Source: Dimorphilus gyrociliatus (taxonomy: Eukaryota; Animalia; Annelida). Taken from it: 64,000 nucleotides of DNA. Position 1 is the stretch's first letter. Each line of letters begins with the position of its first letter. The stretch covers positions 1,488,001 through 1,552,000 of the forward strand of contig CAJFCJ010000001.1 in the NCBI GenBank assembly GCA_904063045.1, in the 5' to 3' direction. Positions 63,172 to 64,000 of the stretch are shown here, piece by piece. Below the pieces are notes generated by a model that ran no database searches, had not been told where the DNA came from, and was given only the letters and a program-made list of their open reading frames with translations. Made by a program: the position numbers and the translations under genes.

Positions 63172-64000
63172 TTAATCAACATTTAACTTTCTGAACATTG
63201 TTACTGGCTCATCTTTCGTGTCTTTCTTTTTACTTTTATCAACTCCTATACTGCCGTTGGAAAGTTCTTGGAAGTATTTTATCCATTTTGGTGACTGCAT
63301 TTCCTTCTTATAGTTCTCTGTAATTGAATATTAATTCATATCTTAAGTCTTATCAATAAGGTTAACTGCAATTAATATAGATGAATCTTTGATTATTTAC
63401 CTGCTAACTCTGCGCAAGTTCCAGCTGTTGGTCCGTCATAGTCATCGGGTAGAAATTCGCTAGGAAGATATTTTTTATCAATGGCCCCGTATACAGATTC
63501 CAACGTTTCGTGAATAAAGAATCTTTCCAAGTACTTTTTCTTAAGGATAGGTTTGGCAAGGGCGAAGAAGAATTCTATTACTGCACCGGAATTGTACAGG
63601 TGGAAACCTTTCAATCTACCCGGTAATCTATCTTGAGCCATTTTATTCCATGTTTTAGCTTTATCCCCTCCGACTAGACTCATTTGCTTTAAAGTTACTT
63701 TGGTGTAATCAAAAAAGAGAATAAATCCATTAACTTGAACTTTCTCATCCATTGTAGCGTATTCATGGTTCATTAACCAATATTTCAGCATATCATCTAC
63801 GGATAATAGTTTACCTTCCCCAACATCTTCCAGACGTAGTTTACCTAATTAATTAATGCAAATTTATTGTTATTTGTTCAGAATACCGTTTACTTATTCT
63901 TTATGATTTTCATTAGAGTTTTAAAGTCAGGTGAATGAATATGAATTTAATTATTTTCTACTTCTTATCAATGGAAGGGATTAGCTAAAATTTTTAAGAA
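63172..64000 (-). CDS. CRAL-TRIO (alpha-tocopherol transfer protein / clavesin-like) protein, 5'-partial
   Basis: QVNGFILFFDYTKVTL, RLPGRLKGFHLYN, KPILKKKYLERFFIH, LPSEFLPDDYDG. Last exon ends TMFRKLNVD*. Confidence 0.88.

Noticed and set aside
1-64000. CRISPR arrays, tRNA/rRNA genes, transposase or reverse-transcriptase ORFs
   Set aside because: None seen by eye. The repeated FPETW units are exons rather than repeat-spacer units. tRNAscan, Infernal and RepeatMasker were not run, so small RNAs or degraded elements could be missed.

Overview
AT-rich, gene-dense metazoan genomic DNA with mostly ~45-70 nt GT-AG introns and about 18 protein-coding genes in 64 kb. This fits a compact invertebrate genome; an annelid such as Dimorphilus is a guess from architecture only. 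Gene order: GPI-anchored thioester protein (TEP/CD109-like, 5'-partial, +); ZC3HC1/NIPA (+); MTBP-like (+); secreted CC-doublet granulin-like peptide (-); TIAM/Still-life Rac GEF (-); orphan class A GPCR (-); PDP phosphatase (+); ABCC10 (-); FAM221A (+); MRPL34 (+); HP1BP3-like triple-H15 protein (-); FABP (-); F-box/LRR (-); SLC39A13 (+); RSAD1 (+); CRT-like transporter (+); an orphan disordered protein (-); CRAL-TRIO protein (5'-partial, -). I saw no rRNA, tRNA, CRISPR array or intact mobile element. The main finding is in the TEP gene: six tandem, frame-incompatible cassette exons each encode a different bait-like segment ending in an FPE[T/I]W motif. They are flanked by two intronic elements (3118-3132 and 5345-5359) that are complementary to short sequences beside most cassettes, which looks like a Dscam-type bidirectional docking/selector system for mutually exclusive splicing. 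All exon models and base pairings were derived by hand and need RNA-seq and folding checks.
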